This document shows positions 40,242 through 50,617 of a stretch of DNA of 64,000 nt, in pieces. The DNA is from an uncultured Methanospirillum sp. (lineage in GTDB: Archaea; Halobacteriota; Methanomicrobia; Methanomicrobiales; Methanospirillaceae). The notes below the pieces were generated by a model. It was not told the DNA's origin, made no database searches, and worked only from the letters and a program-made list of their open reading frames with translations. The position numbers and the translations under genes were made by a program. The stretch is taken from assembly GCA_964637135.1 (NCBI GenBank), contig CAZWTX010000001.1, positions 62,001 to 126,000 of the forward strand. The letters are read 5' to 3'. Numbering within the stretch: position 1 is the stretch's first letter; each line of letters opens with the position of its first letter.

Positions 40242-41933
40242 ATGCATTCTCATAACCGAATAATTCGCGGAGGAGGTATCCTCCTCGTAATCATATACCT
40301 GCTCATGGCAGTATCCGGATCCGTCTTTGCGGAGGATACGGATAGCAGCCATGATCCTGATGCTGTTCCCGACTACGAACAGGTCTTCCCTGATGCGAAA
40401 ATCCAGGACATCTTCATCTCGGTCACGCCTGAATCCTGGAACGAGATGCAGGAAGACATGACAGAAACATACGGGGAATTTGGATCCGGTCAGGCCGGTC
40501 CGGGTACCCCCGGAGAAAACCCCGGCATGATGCCTGGGAACCGATCCTCCCTGATGGAACCGGGAGAACACCTGCCGGGGATGTCCGGGCAGGAGGATCC
40601 GGTCTACGTTCCTGCGACGATCTCATATAACGGAGAAACCTGGGACCATGTCGGGCTCAGGTACAAGGGCGTCAACTCGCTCATGACTGCCTGGAGCCAG
40701 GGGATTGGAAAGATCTCGTTCAAGATCGATATGGACCGGTATGAAGATGAATTTCCTGATACGAAAAACCAGAAATTCTATGGATTTAAAGAGCTGAACC
40801 TCCAGTCCGGAATGTCAGATGCCTCCGTCATCCGCGAGAAGATCGTCCCCGAGATTTTCCAGGATGCACAGGTCACGGCACCTGAGACCGCCTTTTACCG
40901 GGTATATCTTGATCATGGTGACGGGTTTTCCTACTTCGGCCTGTATACCCTCGTGGAAAGCGTAGATGATACCGTCATACAGACTCAGTATTCAAACGGA
41001 GATGGGAACCTGTACAAACCTGAAGGGGAAGGGGCTACCTTTGCTGCCGGGAAATTTAATCTCTCGTCATTTGAAAAGAAATCAAACGAAGATGAAGCGG
41101 ATTATTCTGATGTAGAAACCCTCTATGAAGCCCTTCATGCCGGTACAAGGACATCAGATCCAGAGACCTGGAGAGGGAACCTCGAGGAGATCTTTGATGT
41201 TGACGGATTTCTTACCTGGCTGGCCACCAACACCCTGATTAAAAATTGGGATACCTATGGTGGCAATTCCCGCAATTATTATCTGTATAATAATCCGGAT
41301 ACCGGAACCTTCAGCTGGATCCCCTGGGATAACAACTATGCCCTCATGGAAGGAATGGGAAGGCCGGGAGGAATGGCCGGAAACAACACACCCGGATCAT
41401 GGATGAACATGCCACCAGGAGAGGGAAACATCACCATCACAGGACCTGAAGGCATGGGAAGGCCGGGAGGAATGGCCGGAAACAACACACCCGGATCATG
41501 GATGAACATGCCACCAGGGGAGGGAAACATCACCATCACAGGACCTGAAGGAAGACCTGGTCAGATGGACCGGGGAGCCGGTCCGGGTGGTATGGGAAGT
41601 CAGGTCTCCTTCAGCATGGAGAATGTAACCGATCGCTGGCCGCTCATCCGGTACCTCATGGATGATCCCGTATACCATGAGCAATACGTGGAGACGCTCG
41701 GAAGGGTGGTACACGAGAGTTTCATTCCCGAGAAAATTTATGAACAGCTGGATCTCTACCATGATCTCATAGAATCTTCGGTGACCGGTCCTGACGGGGA
41801 ACAGGACGGATATACCTATCTCACCAGGGATTCTGATTTCGACCAGTCATATGAAGAGATAAAGCAACTCATCAGCTCACAGTACGAGAAGGCCCTGGCC
41901 TACCTCGCTGAAGAAGAGGCCCATACTGCCTGA
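40242..41933 (+). CDS. CotH family kinase, secreted
   Basis: Signal peptide; VGLRYKG.NS, KISFKID, GLYTLVE, GNLYKP, NWDTY..NYYLY and WIPWDNN motifs. Confidence 0.92.
   Translation: MHSHNRIIRGGGILLVIIYLLMAVSGSVFAEDTDSSHDPDAVPDYEQVFPDAKIQDIFISVTPESWNEMQEDMTETYGEFGSGQAGPGTPGENPGMMPGNRSSLMEPGEHLPGMSGQEDPVYVPATISYNGETWDHVGLRYKGVNSLMTAWSQGIGKISFKIDMDRYEDEFPDTKNQKFYGFKELNLQSGMSDASVIREKIVPEIFQDAQVTAPETAFYRVYLDHGDGFSYFGLYTLVESVDDTVIQTQYSNGDGNLYKPEGEGATFAAGKFNLSSFEKKSNEDEADYSDVETLYEALHAGTRTSDPETWRGNLEEIFDVDGFLTWLATNTLIKNWDTYGGNSRNYYLYNNPDTGTFSWIPWDNNYALMEGMGRPGGMAGNNTPGSWMNMPPGEGNITITGPEGMGRPGGMAGNNTPGSWMNMPPGEGNITITGPEGRPGQMDRGAGPGGMGSQVSFSMENVTDRWPLIRYLMDDPVYHEQYVETLGRVVHESFIPEKIYEQLDLYHDLIESSVTGPDGEQDGYTYLTRDSDFDQSYEEIKQLISSQYEKALAYLAEEEAHTA
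41349..41546 (+). repeat. In-frame 99-bp tandem duplication inside cotH
   Basis: Copies at 41349-41447 and 41448-41546 both encode EGMGRPGGMAGNNTPGSWMNMPPGEGNITITGP and differ at two synonymous Gly positions. Confidence 0.97.
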
Positions 41934-42088
41934 AGGGATGGGGTGATGAATCCGGGTCACGGGGATGTTCCCCTTTTCACCATCCCTCAACCCGGGATCA
42001 GTGGATATGATGGCTTTTTTTGAGAGCCGGGCGATCCCGGGCCCTGCGAATGGTCTGTTGCAGGTCATGACGGGGACCGGCATATCCA

Positions 42089-43309
42089 CTATGAGAATGC
42101 AGCCTTGAACGGCTCAATCGTGTTCAGGTCCACGTCAGAGTACCGGTTCCGAATGATCTCCTTGATCCGCCGGCGGTATATCTCTTCTATCTGTTCCTCA
42201 CTCCGTATATCCCGATTCAATTCCTGGGGCCGGCGGAGAAGCGAACCCTGGTATTCCCGGTTTGCATAATGGAAAACCCGGCCCTGGCCAAGGGTGAAGA
42301 CATATTTCCGTATCGCTATCCGGGAGACCCCCGGGGATCGTTCAGCCAGCCAGGAGACCATGTCTTTCATGGAAACCTGGGGGGTCTCATTGAAACAGTG
42401 GAGCAGGTTTCGTGCAAGAACAAGCCGTGCCTTCCTATCGGTCTGTAGTTTAAGCGTCTGCGTGATGAAGGATTCAATCGGTGAGAGATCTGACACCCGG
42501 TCAGGGTTTGCAATCTCGTCAATTGAACGGAACGCAACCTGCGGATGCCCGGTCGCAGAGTGGGCGATCTCTTCTATGACATCATCCTGGTATGACTCAA
42601 GAAACTTTGTGAAACTCTTGAACCCGTAATTATTCTCCGAGAACGATGGATCCAGCCTGAGCAGGTCAAGTTTTAATTTCGAGAGGAGGACTGGTTCTTC
42701 CGGATGATTTGATCTGATGTACCGGATCAGGAGGTTTCTTCCCCCCGCCGTGAGATCGGCCTGATCATCACGGTCCAGGATCGGTTCCTCGTCGGTATCA
42801 CTGGCGTGGATCTCACCGAGGAGATGGTTCAGTGAGTAGTACTCAGAGCAGTTTTCCCGGATAACATCCCCGACCGAGTCATCAAACCCGATGATATAGA
42901 CCAGTTTTCCCCTGGCCAGGACCCGTTTTATGACCGGTAAAAAGTCCGTATCCCCTGACCCGATGATAATCGCATCGATAATGGGAAAGAACTGGAGATC
43001 TTCAAGAATATCGATCACCATCTGGATATCTGCCCCGTTCTTCCCGGACAGGGAGGTCGAGGGAAGATACCGGAGATCAAACCCGTACCGGTTCAGGTTG
43101 CGGACATACCGGAGGCAGTCCGGTTTATTCCAGTCGGCAAAGGCACGTTTAATGCAGAGAATCCCCTTGCTGAGCGCGTAATCAAGGATCGGTCCGAGTT
43201 CAAGCGGGCGGTCGATATGGGAAAATGCCTGATCCGCCGATATCGCCAGGTTTTCAAAATCAAGGTACATGGCGATGTTCATCGAACGCGGTTGCCCGGC
43301 AAAGACCAT
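42089..43309 (-). CDS. NYN (LabA/DUF88) ribonuclease domain protein with OST-HTH/LOTUS domain
   Basis: YLDFEN, GKNGADI and GSGDTDF motifs; LOTUS motif LLRLDPSFSENNYGFKSFTKFLE. Confidence 0.92.
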   Translation of the reverse strand: MVFAGQPRSMNIAMYLDFENLAISADQAFSHIDRPLELGPILDYALSKGILCIKRAFADWNKPDCLRYVRNLNRYGFDLRYLPSTSLSGKNGADIQMVIDILEDLQFFPIIDAIIIGSGDTDFLPVIKRVLARGKLVYIIGFDDSVGDVIRENCSEYYSLNHLLGEIHASDTDEEPILDRDDQADLTAGGRNLLIRYIRSNHPEEPVLLSKLKLDLLRLDPSFSENNYGFKSFTKFLESYQDDVIEEIAHSATGHPQVAFRSIDEIANPDRVSDLSPIESFITQTLKLQTDRKARLVLARNLLHCFNETPQVSMKDMVSWLAERSPGVSRIAIRKYVFTLGQGRVFHYANREYQGSLLRRPQELNRDIRSEEQIEEIYRRRIKEIIRNRYSDVDLNTIEPFKAAFS

Positions 43310-43495
43310 GTATCAGGATCTGATATCATCATAGTTATGCTTCGTGCACCGGGCTGTCATACCGGAAGGATCCGGCCCGTTCATCGGGAAAACGTCATCC
43401 GGGCAGGAACATCCGGATTGTTCATCATGCCAGGGCCCGGTTCCCATCCCGGGATCATAAGACATTAATCAGCCGGGGTTTGAGAGATAATACGA

Positions 43496-44569
43496 ATGGA
43501 TACCCCGGCTGTCCCCCCGGTACGGTTGATCTCCTGGAATATCACCCTTCGCTGCCCGCTCAAATGCCCGCACTGCTACTCCGATGCCAGGGACGGAGAC
43601 ACTCCTGATTCCCTATCCACCCCTGAAGCATACCGGATCCTTGACCAGGTCCGTGCAGCGGGAACCCCGGTGGTGATCCTGAGCGGGGGAGAACCGATGA
43701 TGCGCAGCGATATCTTTGAAATTGCCCGGTACGGAACCACTATCGGCCTTCCGATGGCGATGGGAACGAGCGGGTACCTCATCACCAGGGAAACCCCGTC
43801 CCTGATGTCTGCCGCCGGAATCAGGAGTGTTGCCATCAGCCTGGATGCTGCAGACCCGGCATCACATGACACCTTCAGGGGATGCCGCGGATCCTGGGAA
43901 CGTGCCGTTGCAGCCATCAGGCTCTGTCTCAAAGAGGGAATTCGCGTCCAGATCAATACAACGGTAATAACCCCTGACCAGGATGCTCTTGACCAGGTGA
44001 TCAGGCTCGGACAGGATCTCGGTGTCCGTGATTTCCAGGTGTTTATTCCGGTGCCGACCGGGAGGTCAGCGAAGGAGAACTACGAACGGTACGGGACATA
44101 CGAACCCCTCATCAGGCATATCCTGAAGACCTGGACTGGTGAGGGGATATCACTTCGTCCGACCTGCTTCCCCCAGTTCCGCCGGATTGCCAGCGAAACA
44201 GGGGTGGAAAATAAATCCTGGGGGCGGGGATGTATCGCCGGGCGTTCGTACTGCCGGATCTATGCAGACGGTACCGTGACCCCCTGTCCCTACCTGCCGG
44301 TAATAGCCGGAGATCTCAGGGAAACCTGCTTTTCCGATATCTGGAACGATTCCCCGGTATTCACCGCACTCCGGGATGCAGGATCCCTGTCAGGAAAATG
44401 CGGTATCTGTGAATACCAGGAGATATGCGGGGGATGTCGTGCCCGTGCCTTCTCGGTGTACCAGAACATTACCGGGTCCTGTGGGAAACTGGTACCACCC
44501 GAAGAACCGATCAGCGAACTATGTGCCGACGATCCCCTCTGTCCCTATCAGCCGGGGGGATCCTCCTGA
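43496..44569 (+). CDS. ahbD: Radical SAM/SPASM protein, AhbD-like (heme b synthase)
   Basis: CPLKCPHC radical SAM motif, SGGEP, GCIAG, PCPYL and CGICEY..CGGCRARA motifs; lies in the ahb operon. Confidence 0.8.
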   Translation: MDTPAVPPVRLISWNITLRCPLKCPHCYSDARDGDTPDSLSTPEAYRILDQVRAAGTPVVILSGGEPMMRSDIFEIARYGTTIGLPMAMGTSGYLITRETPSLMSAAGIRSVAISLDAADPASHDTFRGCRGSWERAVAAIRLCLKEGIRVQINTTVITPDQDALDQVIRLGQDLGVRDFQVFIPVPTGRSAKENYERYGTYEPLIRHILKTWTGEGISLRPTCFPQFRRIASETGVENKSWGRGCIAGRSYCRIYADGTVTPCPYLPVIAGDLRETCFSDIWNDSPVFTALRDAGSLSGKCGICEYQEICGGCRARAFSVYQNITGSCGKLVPPEEPISELCADDPLCPYQPGGSS

Positions 44570-45048
44570 CCTGGTCCGAACGGGAAGATCTCCTGCTTCT
44601 TGATGCCATCCAGGGAGAACTCCCGCTGGTTCCCGATCCCTGGACGGCTATCGGAAAGGATATCGGATTATCAGGTGAGGACGTCCTCTCCCGGTTGCAG
44701 GAACTGGCTGATGCCGGTATCCTCCGTGGGATTTCCCCCATCCTTGAATCGAGAAGACGGAGCGGGGGAATTTCCACCCTCGTCGCCCTGAAGGTGCCGG
44801 AAGAAGATCTCAGGGCAGTTGTTGCACAGGTGAACAGGTACCCGGAAGTGTCCCATAATTTCCTCCGTGAACACCCGTACAACCTCTGGTTTACCCTGGC
44901 AGCAGCGACCCCGGACCGGGTGGAGGAGATTATCTCTGAAATTCTGCAGGTTTCGGCCATCCCTCCCGAAGATCTGCTTAACCTGGTAACAATCAGAAGG
45001 TACAAGATAGACGTGACATTTCCGTTCATCAGACAGGGGAGTGAGTGA
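44566..45048 (+). CDS. ahbA: Siroheme decarboxylase alpha subunit (AhbA/NirD-like)
   Basis: IQGELPLVPDPW, STLVA and VSHNFLREHPYNLWFTL motifs; best start is CTG at 44566 overlapping the ahbD stop. Confidence 0.85.
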   Translation: MTWSEREDLLLLDAIQGELPLVPDPWTAIGKDIGLSGEDVLSRLQELADAGILRGISPILESRRRSGGISTLVALKVPEEDLRAVVAQVNRYPEVSHNFLREHPYNLWFTLAAATPDRVEEIISEILQVSAIPPEDLLNLVTIRRYKIDVTFPFIRQGSE

Positions 45049-45530
45049 TGGACCCAGCCGATCAACGCCTTCTTCAGGTGCTTGCTCTGGGCATCCCCCT
45101 TGTTCCCCGGCCGTATCGCGAGATCGGATCGAGGATCGGGATATCTGAAGATGAGGTTATCAGCCGGATCCGTGACATGAAAGCTGCAGGCATCATCAGA
45201 AGAATCCGCTCACGGGTAAACCAGCGCCTGGTGGGTATCGGGGCAAATGCTCTTGTTGCCTGGATGGCGGGGAGAGATCCGGAGCGGTATGGAACGACTC
45301 TCGCATCATTTTCCGGGGTGACCCACTGTTATGAGCGACGACCCGTCCCCGGCCGGTGGGAGTATACCCTCTACACCGTCCACCACGGCTGGTCACGTGA
45401 TGATGTAATCCGGGAAGTCTCAGCAATTGCCGAACAAACCGGGCTTTGTGACTATCTCATTCTTTTCAGTACAGAGGAATTCAAACGGATACCCCACACC
45501 CGCCCTGAAGATATAATGGAGCATGTATGA
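45045..45530 (+). CDS. ahbB: Siroheme decarboxylase beta subunit (AhbB/NirH-like)
   Basis: GIPLVPRPY, ANALVAW and VTHCYER..W.YTLYTVHHG motifs. Confidence 0.88.
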   Translation: MMDPADQRLLQVLALGIPLVPRPYREIGSRIGISEDEVISRIRDMKAAGIIRRIRSRVNQRLVGIGANALVAWMAGRDPERYGTTLASFSGVTHCYERRPVPGRWEYTLYTVHHGWSRDDVIREVSAIAEQTGLCDYLILFSTEEFKRIPHTRPEDIMEHV

Positions 45531-46699
45531 ACCGGATAACACAGTGTATTCATGGAAAAGGAACCGTCAGTTCAATGATACCGGGATCTGCAAGGAAACG
45601 GGAGAATAATGCGTTTCTTGCATATCAACAGAATCCCCGTCCGGTCATCTTCTGGAACCTGACCAGCCGGTGCAATCTCTCCTGTGACCATTGTTACAAT
45701 GCATCAGGCCCGGAAAATCCCACAACAGATGAACTGACGACAGAGGAAGCACATGCGTTCATCGAGGATTGTGCCGGAATGAGCGTTCCCGTGCTTCTCT
45801 TTACCGGTGGAGAACCCCTTATGCGTCAGGATATCTGGGAACTGGCATCGCATGCCCGGTCCAGGGGAATAGCCACTTCACTGAGCACGAACGGGACACT
45901 CATCACCGATGCAGTTGCCAGAAATATCTCCTCATCAGGGATCGGGTATGTCGGGATCTCGCTTGACGGGGCTACGGCAGCGACCCATGACCGGTTCCGT
46001 AATTCACCCGGTGCTTTTGACCGGACTGTGGAAGCCTTTTCACAGTGCAGATCGGCGGGAATACGATGCGGGGTCAGGATGACCCTGACAAAAGAGAATT
46101 ACCCTGAACTCGGAGCGGTGATCGATCTTGCCCTCCGGGTTGGAGCCTGCCGGTTCTGCCTGTACTGGCTCGTCCCGTCAGGGAGGGGGAGCGCATCCTA
46201 CGGACGGCTTCAACTGAACCAGGAAGAGGTCTTTGGAGCCCTTGATCTCCTGTATCGCTCTGCATCAGAGATTGATCCCGCCACCATGGAATTTCTCACG
46301 GTTGACGGCCCCCAGGATGCCATCCACCTCCTTGCGATGATGGAGCGGGACCAGTCCGACGACCTTACTGAGGCTGGTTCCCTGATTGCTTCGATGAACG
46401 GGGGCTGCAGTGCCGGGGTCAGGGTTGCAAATGTCACCCCGTCAGGAGAGGTATACCCCTGCCAGTTTGCCCAGATTCCTCCCTTCCGGATCGGGTCTGT
46501 TCGGGAGAGAAAATTCTCTGAGATCTGGAATGATCCTGACAATATTGTTCTTAATCAGTTCAGAAAGAAAAAAGAGGTACTTACCGGGAGATGCCGGACC
46601 TGTTCATACCATGATCTCTGCGGGGGCGGATGCCGGGTGAGGGCATATCATGAGGCGAATGACTTCACGGCTGTGGATCCCTTCTGTTTCATCAGGTAG
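45527..46699 (+). CDS. ahbC: Radical SAM/SPASM protein, AhbC-like (Fe-coproporphyrin synthase)
   Basis: RPVIFWNLTSRCNLSCDHCY, FCLYWLVPSGRG, LTVD..D, VYPCQF and CRTC..CGGGCR motifs; ATGA-coupled to ahbB. Confidence 0.82.
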   Translation: MNRITQCIHGKGTVSSMIPGSARKRENNAFLAYQQNPRPVIFWNLTSRCNLSCDHCYNASGPENPTTDELTTEEAHAFIEDCAGMSVPVLLFTGGEPLMRQDIWELASHARSRGIATSLSTNGTLITDAVARNISSSGIGYVGISLDGATAATHDRFRNSPGAFDRTVEAFSQCRSAGIRCGVRMTLTKENYPELGAVIDLALRVGACRFCLYWLVPSGRGSASYGRLQLNQEEVFGALDLLYRSASEIDPATMEFLTVDGPQDAIHLLAMMERDQSDDLTEAGSLIASMNGGCSAGVRVANVTPSGEVYPCQFAQIPPFRIGSVRERKFSEIWNDPDNIVLNQFRKKKEVLTGRCRTCSYHDLCGGGCRVRAYHEANDFTAVDPFCFIR

Positions 46700-46890
46700 G
46701 GATTGTGACGGATTACCATCCCGGGATACTCCTCCGGGGGTGTATCCCGGTCTGATTCCCCCCCCAGGTATGTTACAATTTTTTATCAGATACAGGATGC
46801 TCATCATACTGATCTCTCCTGATCTCCCCGGGAACTTATAAATGAACCAACTTCTTAATTTCTCACCTGCAGATTACTCTGTATCGGTCT

Positions 46891-49800
46891 ATGTCCGAAC
46901 CCATTCTTTCCGTTCTGTATGTTGATGACGAACCGCTCCTTCGTGCTGCATCAACTGAATTTCTCCGGCTGTACAACCTGGATACTGATACGGCTTCTTC
47001 AGGAACTGAAGCACTTGAAAAACTGGCACAAAGCCAGTATGATGTGGTCGTTTCAGATTACCAGATGCCGGGAATGAACGGCATTGAACTGTTGAAAGAG
47101 ATCAGGAACCGGTATCCTCACCTCCCGTTTATCCTCTTCACCGGCCGGGGGAGAGAGGAAGTGGTTATCGAAGCGATCGAACATGGTGCCGATTTCTACC
47201 TCCAGAAAGGAGGCCGCCCCTCCCACCAGTATACGGAACTGATCCAGCGGATCAGGGTGGCGGTCGAGCGGCGGAGGGAGAACCAGATCCTAAAGGAGAA
47301 TGAACTCAGGTTCAGATCCCTGATCCAGAACTCTACGAATATCATCCTTATTCTCGATACAGAAGGCAGAATCATATATGATTCGCCGTCATCATTCCTG
47401 ATACTCGGGTACCCCGGGGGCACTCTTATCGGCACGCCTGCCTTCGATCTCATCCACCCCGAAGACCAGCCGGACATCATCACCGGTTTTGAGAACCTTC
47501 TCAGCCGGAAGAGGAATCACATTCCCTTTGAATTCAGGATACGATGTGTTGACGGAACCTGGATATGCGTGGATTCCATCGGTCTGAATCTGATAGGTAT
47601 TCCGGGCATTGACGGCATACTTCTGACCGCTTATCCGATACAGGAAAGAAAACAGGCCGAGATGGAGATCCAGAAAATATCTGCAGATCTATCGGCAGCA
47701 AACGAGAAACTGGCTGCCCGTGAGCGTGATCTCCGGAAAAAATACGAAAACCTTGAAACCCGGGAAAAAGCACTTCGGGAGAGCGAAGAACAATTCAGAA
47801 GCATGGCTGAACGGTCTTCTGACCTGATCATCATGCTTGACGATACCAGGGGCATCCTCTATGCCTCCCCCTCTTCCCGGATGATCACCGGGTACAGCCC
47901 TGAAGAACTGCTCGGATTGTCTTATGATGCAGCAGTAAAAATGGTATTCCCGTTTGATGAGACAGACCTGCTCATGAAGTATCCGCTCGTCATGGATGGG
48001 GCACAGGTCGATAATCAGGTGGTGAGGATCCTGAAGAAAGACCGTTCAGACGGATATGTCAGTCTGAACATCGTGCCGGCGTTTTCAAGCGGGAACGTTA
48101 CCGGGATGCAGATCTCCATCCGGGATATCACCGACAGAAAACGGGCAGAAATTGCACTCCGGGAGAGTGAACAGAAGTTTCGTGCACTGGTCGAGTATTC
48201 CCTTGACGGATTCTTCATTCTTGATCCGGTCGGGAATATCCTTTTTGCTTCGAATGGTTCGGCAAAAATCCTCGGAGCGCCAGATCCAAAAGCAGTTCTT
48301 GAAAAAGGGAATGTCATGGAATTTGTCTCCCCCGAATCACAGAAAGACGTGATCCGTGATTTCGTAACCGTTGCACAGGGAGTGGACGGTTACATCGCCC
48401 AGTACAAGATTATCACCCTCGACAGAAGGGAACGGTGGATTGAGAGTATCGGTAAAACGATCTCGTATGGTAATTCTCCTGCAATTCTCATCTCAATCAG
48501 GGATGTCACCGAACGGAAACGATCTGAGGAGGTGCTTAAAAAGACCTCGGCCGAGCTTCACCAGATCGTCCGGAACATGAGTAATGCATTCGTCATCTTT
48601 GAATCTGTCTTTGATGACACCGGCAAATGGGTCAGTGTCCGGTTCGGGTATATTAACGAGGCGTATTCCGCGACAACCGGGCTTCTCCTGAAGGATATAC
48701 GGGGAAAGGATATCTTTGAGGTCTGGCCGGATCTCGGCCAGGACTGGGTGGATACGTATGAACAAGTTGCAATTACCGGCATTCCGGAGGAATTTGAAAG
48801 GTTCCATGAACCAACCGGTCTGTGGTACCATTGCAATGTCTACCGTCCGAATGAATCGCCTGATCGCATCTGTGTGATTGTGGAAAACATCTCGAAACGG
48901 GTAGCCGATACCGAGGCATTTGCCACGTTAGTCAGAAGCATGGCGGGCTCTACCGGCATGAATTCCCTCGAGGAGATCTGTAGGAACATCAGTTCCTGGC
49001 TGAAAGCAGATGTCATGATGATCGGGGAGATTGAACCAGATAAAAAGAATGTACGGGTTCTTTCCATGATCCTGGACGGGGAGATGATCGATGATTACCG
49101 GTATTCCCTCGCCGGAACCCCATGCAATGATGTAACTACGAAGGGATTTTGCATCTACCCGGATGATGTCGCAGCCCTCTTTCCGGATAGTCAGGATCTT
49201 ATTCAGTTTCATATCAGGGGATATATCGGCACTCCTCTCAAAAATTCCCAGGGAGAGATCATCGGAATACTCTGTATCCTTTTTAGAAACCCGATCAATC
49301 CTTCCTCTTCGGTCCGGGAGATCATGGATATCATCGCGGTAAAAGCGGCAGCTGAAATCGAACGAAACCAGATCGAGAAAGATCTCATCCAGAGCCGGTC
49401 ACTCCTTATGGATGCGATGGACATGGCCAGGCTCTGTTCCTGGGAATACGGTGAGGACGGGCAATTTATTTTCGATAACCCGTTTTATGCCCTTTATGGC
49501 ACAACAGCCGAGCGGGAGGGAGGAACCCGGATGTCTCCGGAACAATATGTCAAAGAATTTGTGTACCCGGCAGATATCCCGGCTATGGTATCAGAAGTCA
49601 GGAATATCCTATCTACCGCCCATCCCGGGGATGTTCCCGAACTCGAACACCGGATCATCAGACGGGACGGGCAGATCCGCCATATGCTCGTCCGAATCCG
49701 GGTAATCAGAGCCGCAGACGGCACGGTTGTAAAGACATACGGGGTGAACCAGGATATCACCGAACGGAAAGCGGCAGAGGAAGCGATAAAGAAAGCCAAC

Positions 49801-50433
49801 CGCCAGTTAAACCTCCTGACAAGCATCGCCAGGCATGATATCCTGAACAGTCTCTCCCTCGGTCTTCTCCATCTCGATTCGGCGATTCCGGAATGCTCAG
49901 ATCCTCGTATATCGGCAAACCTGGAGAATATCCAGCATGCCCTTGAAAATATTCACTTTCAGATAGAATTCACCCGGGTATACCAGGATCTCGGATCCCA
50001 TGAACCACAGTGGTTTGTCCTGGATGATATTCTTCCCTGGTCTTCACTCCCTGATTCAATCTCCCAGGTCACCGAAACAGAAGGGGTTTGTGTGTATGCA
50101 GATCCGATGCTTCCGGCTGTTTTTTTCAACCTCCTTGATAATTCCATCAGGCATGGAAACGGAGTTTCCCAAATCCATCTCACTGCACGGATATCCGGAC
50201 CGGATCTCATCCTTAGCTGGGAAGACAACGGGACCGGGATTCCGGACGGGGTAAAGGAACAGATATTCACCCACGGGTATGGAAGCAATACGGGTATCGG
50301 TCTCTTCCTGATACGTGAGATCCTCTCCCTGACCGGGATCTCGATCACAGAGACGGGAGTTGAGGGAACCGGAGCACGATTTGAAATGCTGATTCCGGAC
50401 GGGAACTACCGGTTTGAATCACAGACCGGGTGA
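46891..50433 (+). CDS. Hybrid sensor histidine kinase (REC, 4 PAS, GAF, PAS, HisKA, HATPase)
   Basis: Canonical receiver (YVDDE, VSDYQMP, FTG, K), PAS repeats, GAF, ARHDILN, NLLDNSIRHG and EDNGTGI motifs. Confidence 0.95.
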   Translation: MSEPILSVLYVDDEPLLRAASTEFLRLYNLDTDTASSGTEALEKLAQSQYDVVVSDYQMPGMNGIELLKEIRNRYPHLPFILFTGRGREEVVIEAIEHGADFYLQKGGRPSHQYTELIQRIRVAVERRRENQILKENELRFRSLIQNSTNIILILDTEGRIIYDSPSSFLILGYPGGTLIGTPAFDLIHPEDQPDIITGFENLLSRKRNHIPFEFRIRCVDGTWICVDSIGLNLIGIPGIDGILLTAYPIQERKQAEMEIQKISADLSAANEKLAARERDLRKKYENLETREKALRESEEQFRSMAERSSDLIIMLDDTRGILYASPSSRMITGYSPEELLGLSYDAAVKMVFPFDETDLLMKYPLVMDGAQVDNQVVRILKKDRSDGYVSLNIVPAFSSGNVTGMQISIRDITDRKRAEIALRESEQKFRALVEYSLDGFFILDPVGNILFASNGSAKILGAPDPKAVLEKGNVMEFVSPESQKDVIRDFVTVAQGVDGYIAQYKIITLDRRERWIESIGKTISYGNSPAILISIRDVTERKRSEEVLKKTSAELHQIVRNMSNAFVIFESVFDDTGKWVSVRFGYINEAYSATTGLLLKDIRGKDIFEVWPDLGQDWVDTYEQVAITGIPEEFERFHEPTGLWYHCNVYRPNESPDRICVIVENISKRVADTEAFATLVRSMAGSTGMNSLEEICRNISSWLKADVMMIGEIEPDKKNVRVLSMILDGEMIDDYRYSLAGTPCNDVTTKGFCIYPDDVAALFPDSQDLIQFHIRGYIGTPLKNSQGEIIGILCILFRNPINPSSSVREIMDIIAVKAAAEIERNQIEKDLIQSRSLLMDAMDMARLCSWEYGEDGQFIFDNPFYALYGTTAEREGGTRMSPEQYVKEFVYPADIPAMVSEVRNILSTAHPGDVPELEHRIIRRDGQIRHMLVRIRVIRAADGTVVKTYGVNQDITERKAAEEAIKKANRQLNLLTSIARHDILNSLSLGLLHLDSAIPECSDPRISANLENIQHALENIHFQIEFTRVYQDLGSHEPQWFVLDDILPWSSLPDSISQVTETEGVCVYADPMLPAVFFNLLDNSIRHGNGVSQIHLTARISGPDLILSWEDNGTGIPDGVKEQIFTHGYGSNTGIGLFLIREILSLTGISITETGVEGTGARFEMLIPDGNYRFESQTG

Positions 50434-50617
50434 GCGGGAACCGATCATCCAAAAAATGTGCTATCGCTGCCTGGAGCAGCAGGGATATGACCCCTGGCCA
50501 TCGGGTGGACACATTCATCTGAAGAACAGAGAGATGGGTTCAATCTCTTTTCAAAGAGAAGTAACCCATGATTCTCATATCAGGAACCAGGAGCGTCCCT
50601 TTCAGATACCGTATGCC

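Noticed and set aside
41349..41546. CRISPR-like repeat
   Set aside because: It is an in-frame coding duplication with no spacers and no cas genes; no CRISPR array was seen anywhere in the window.
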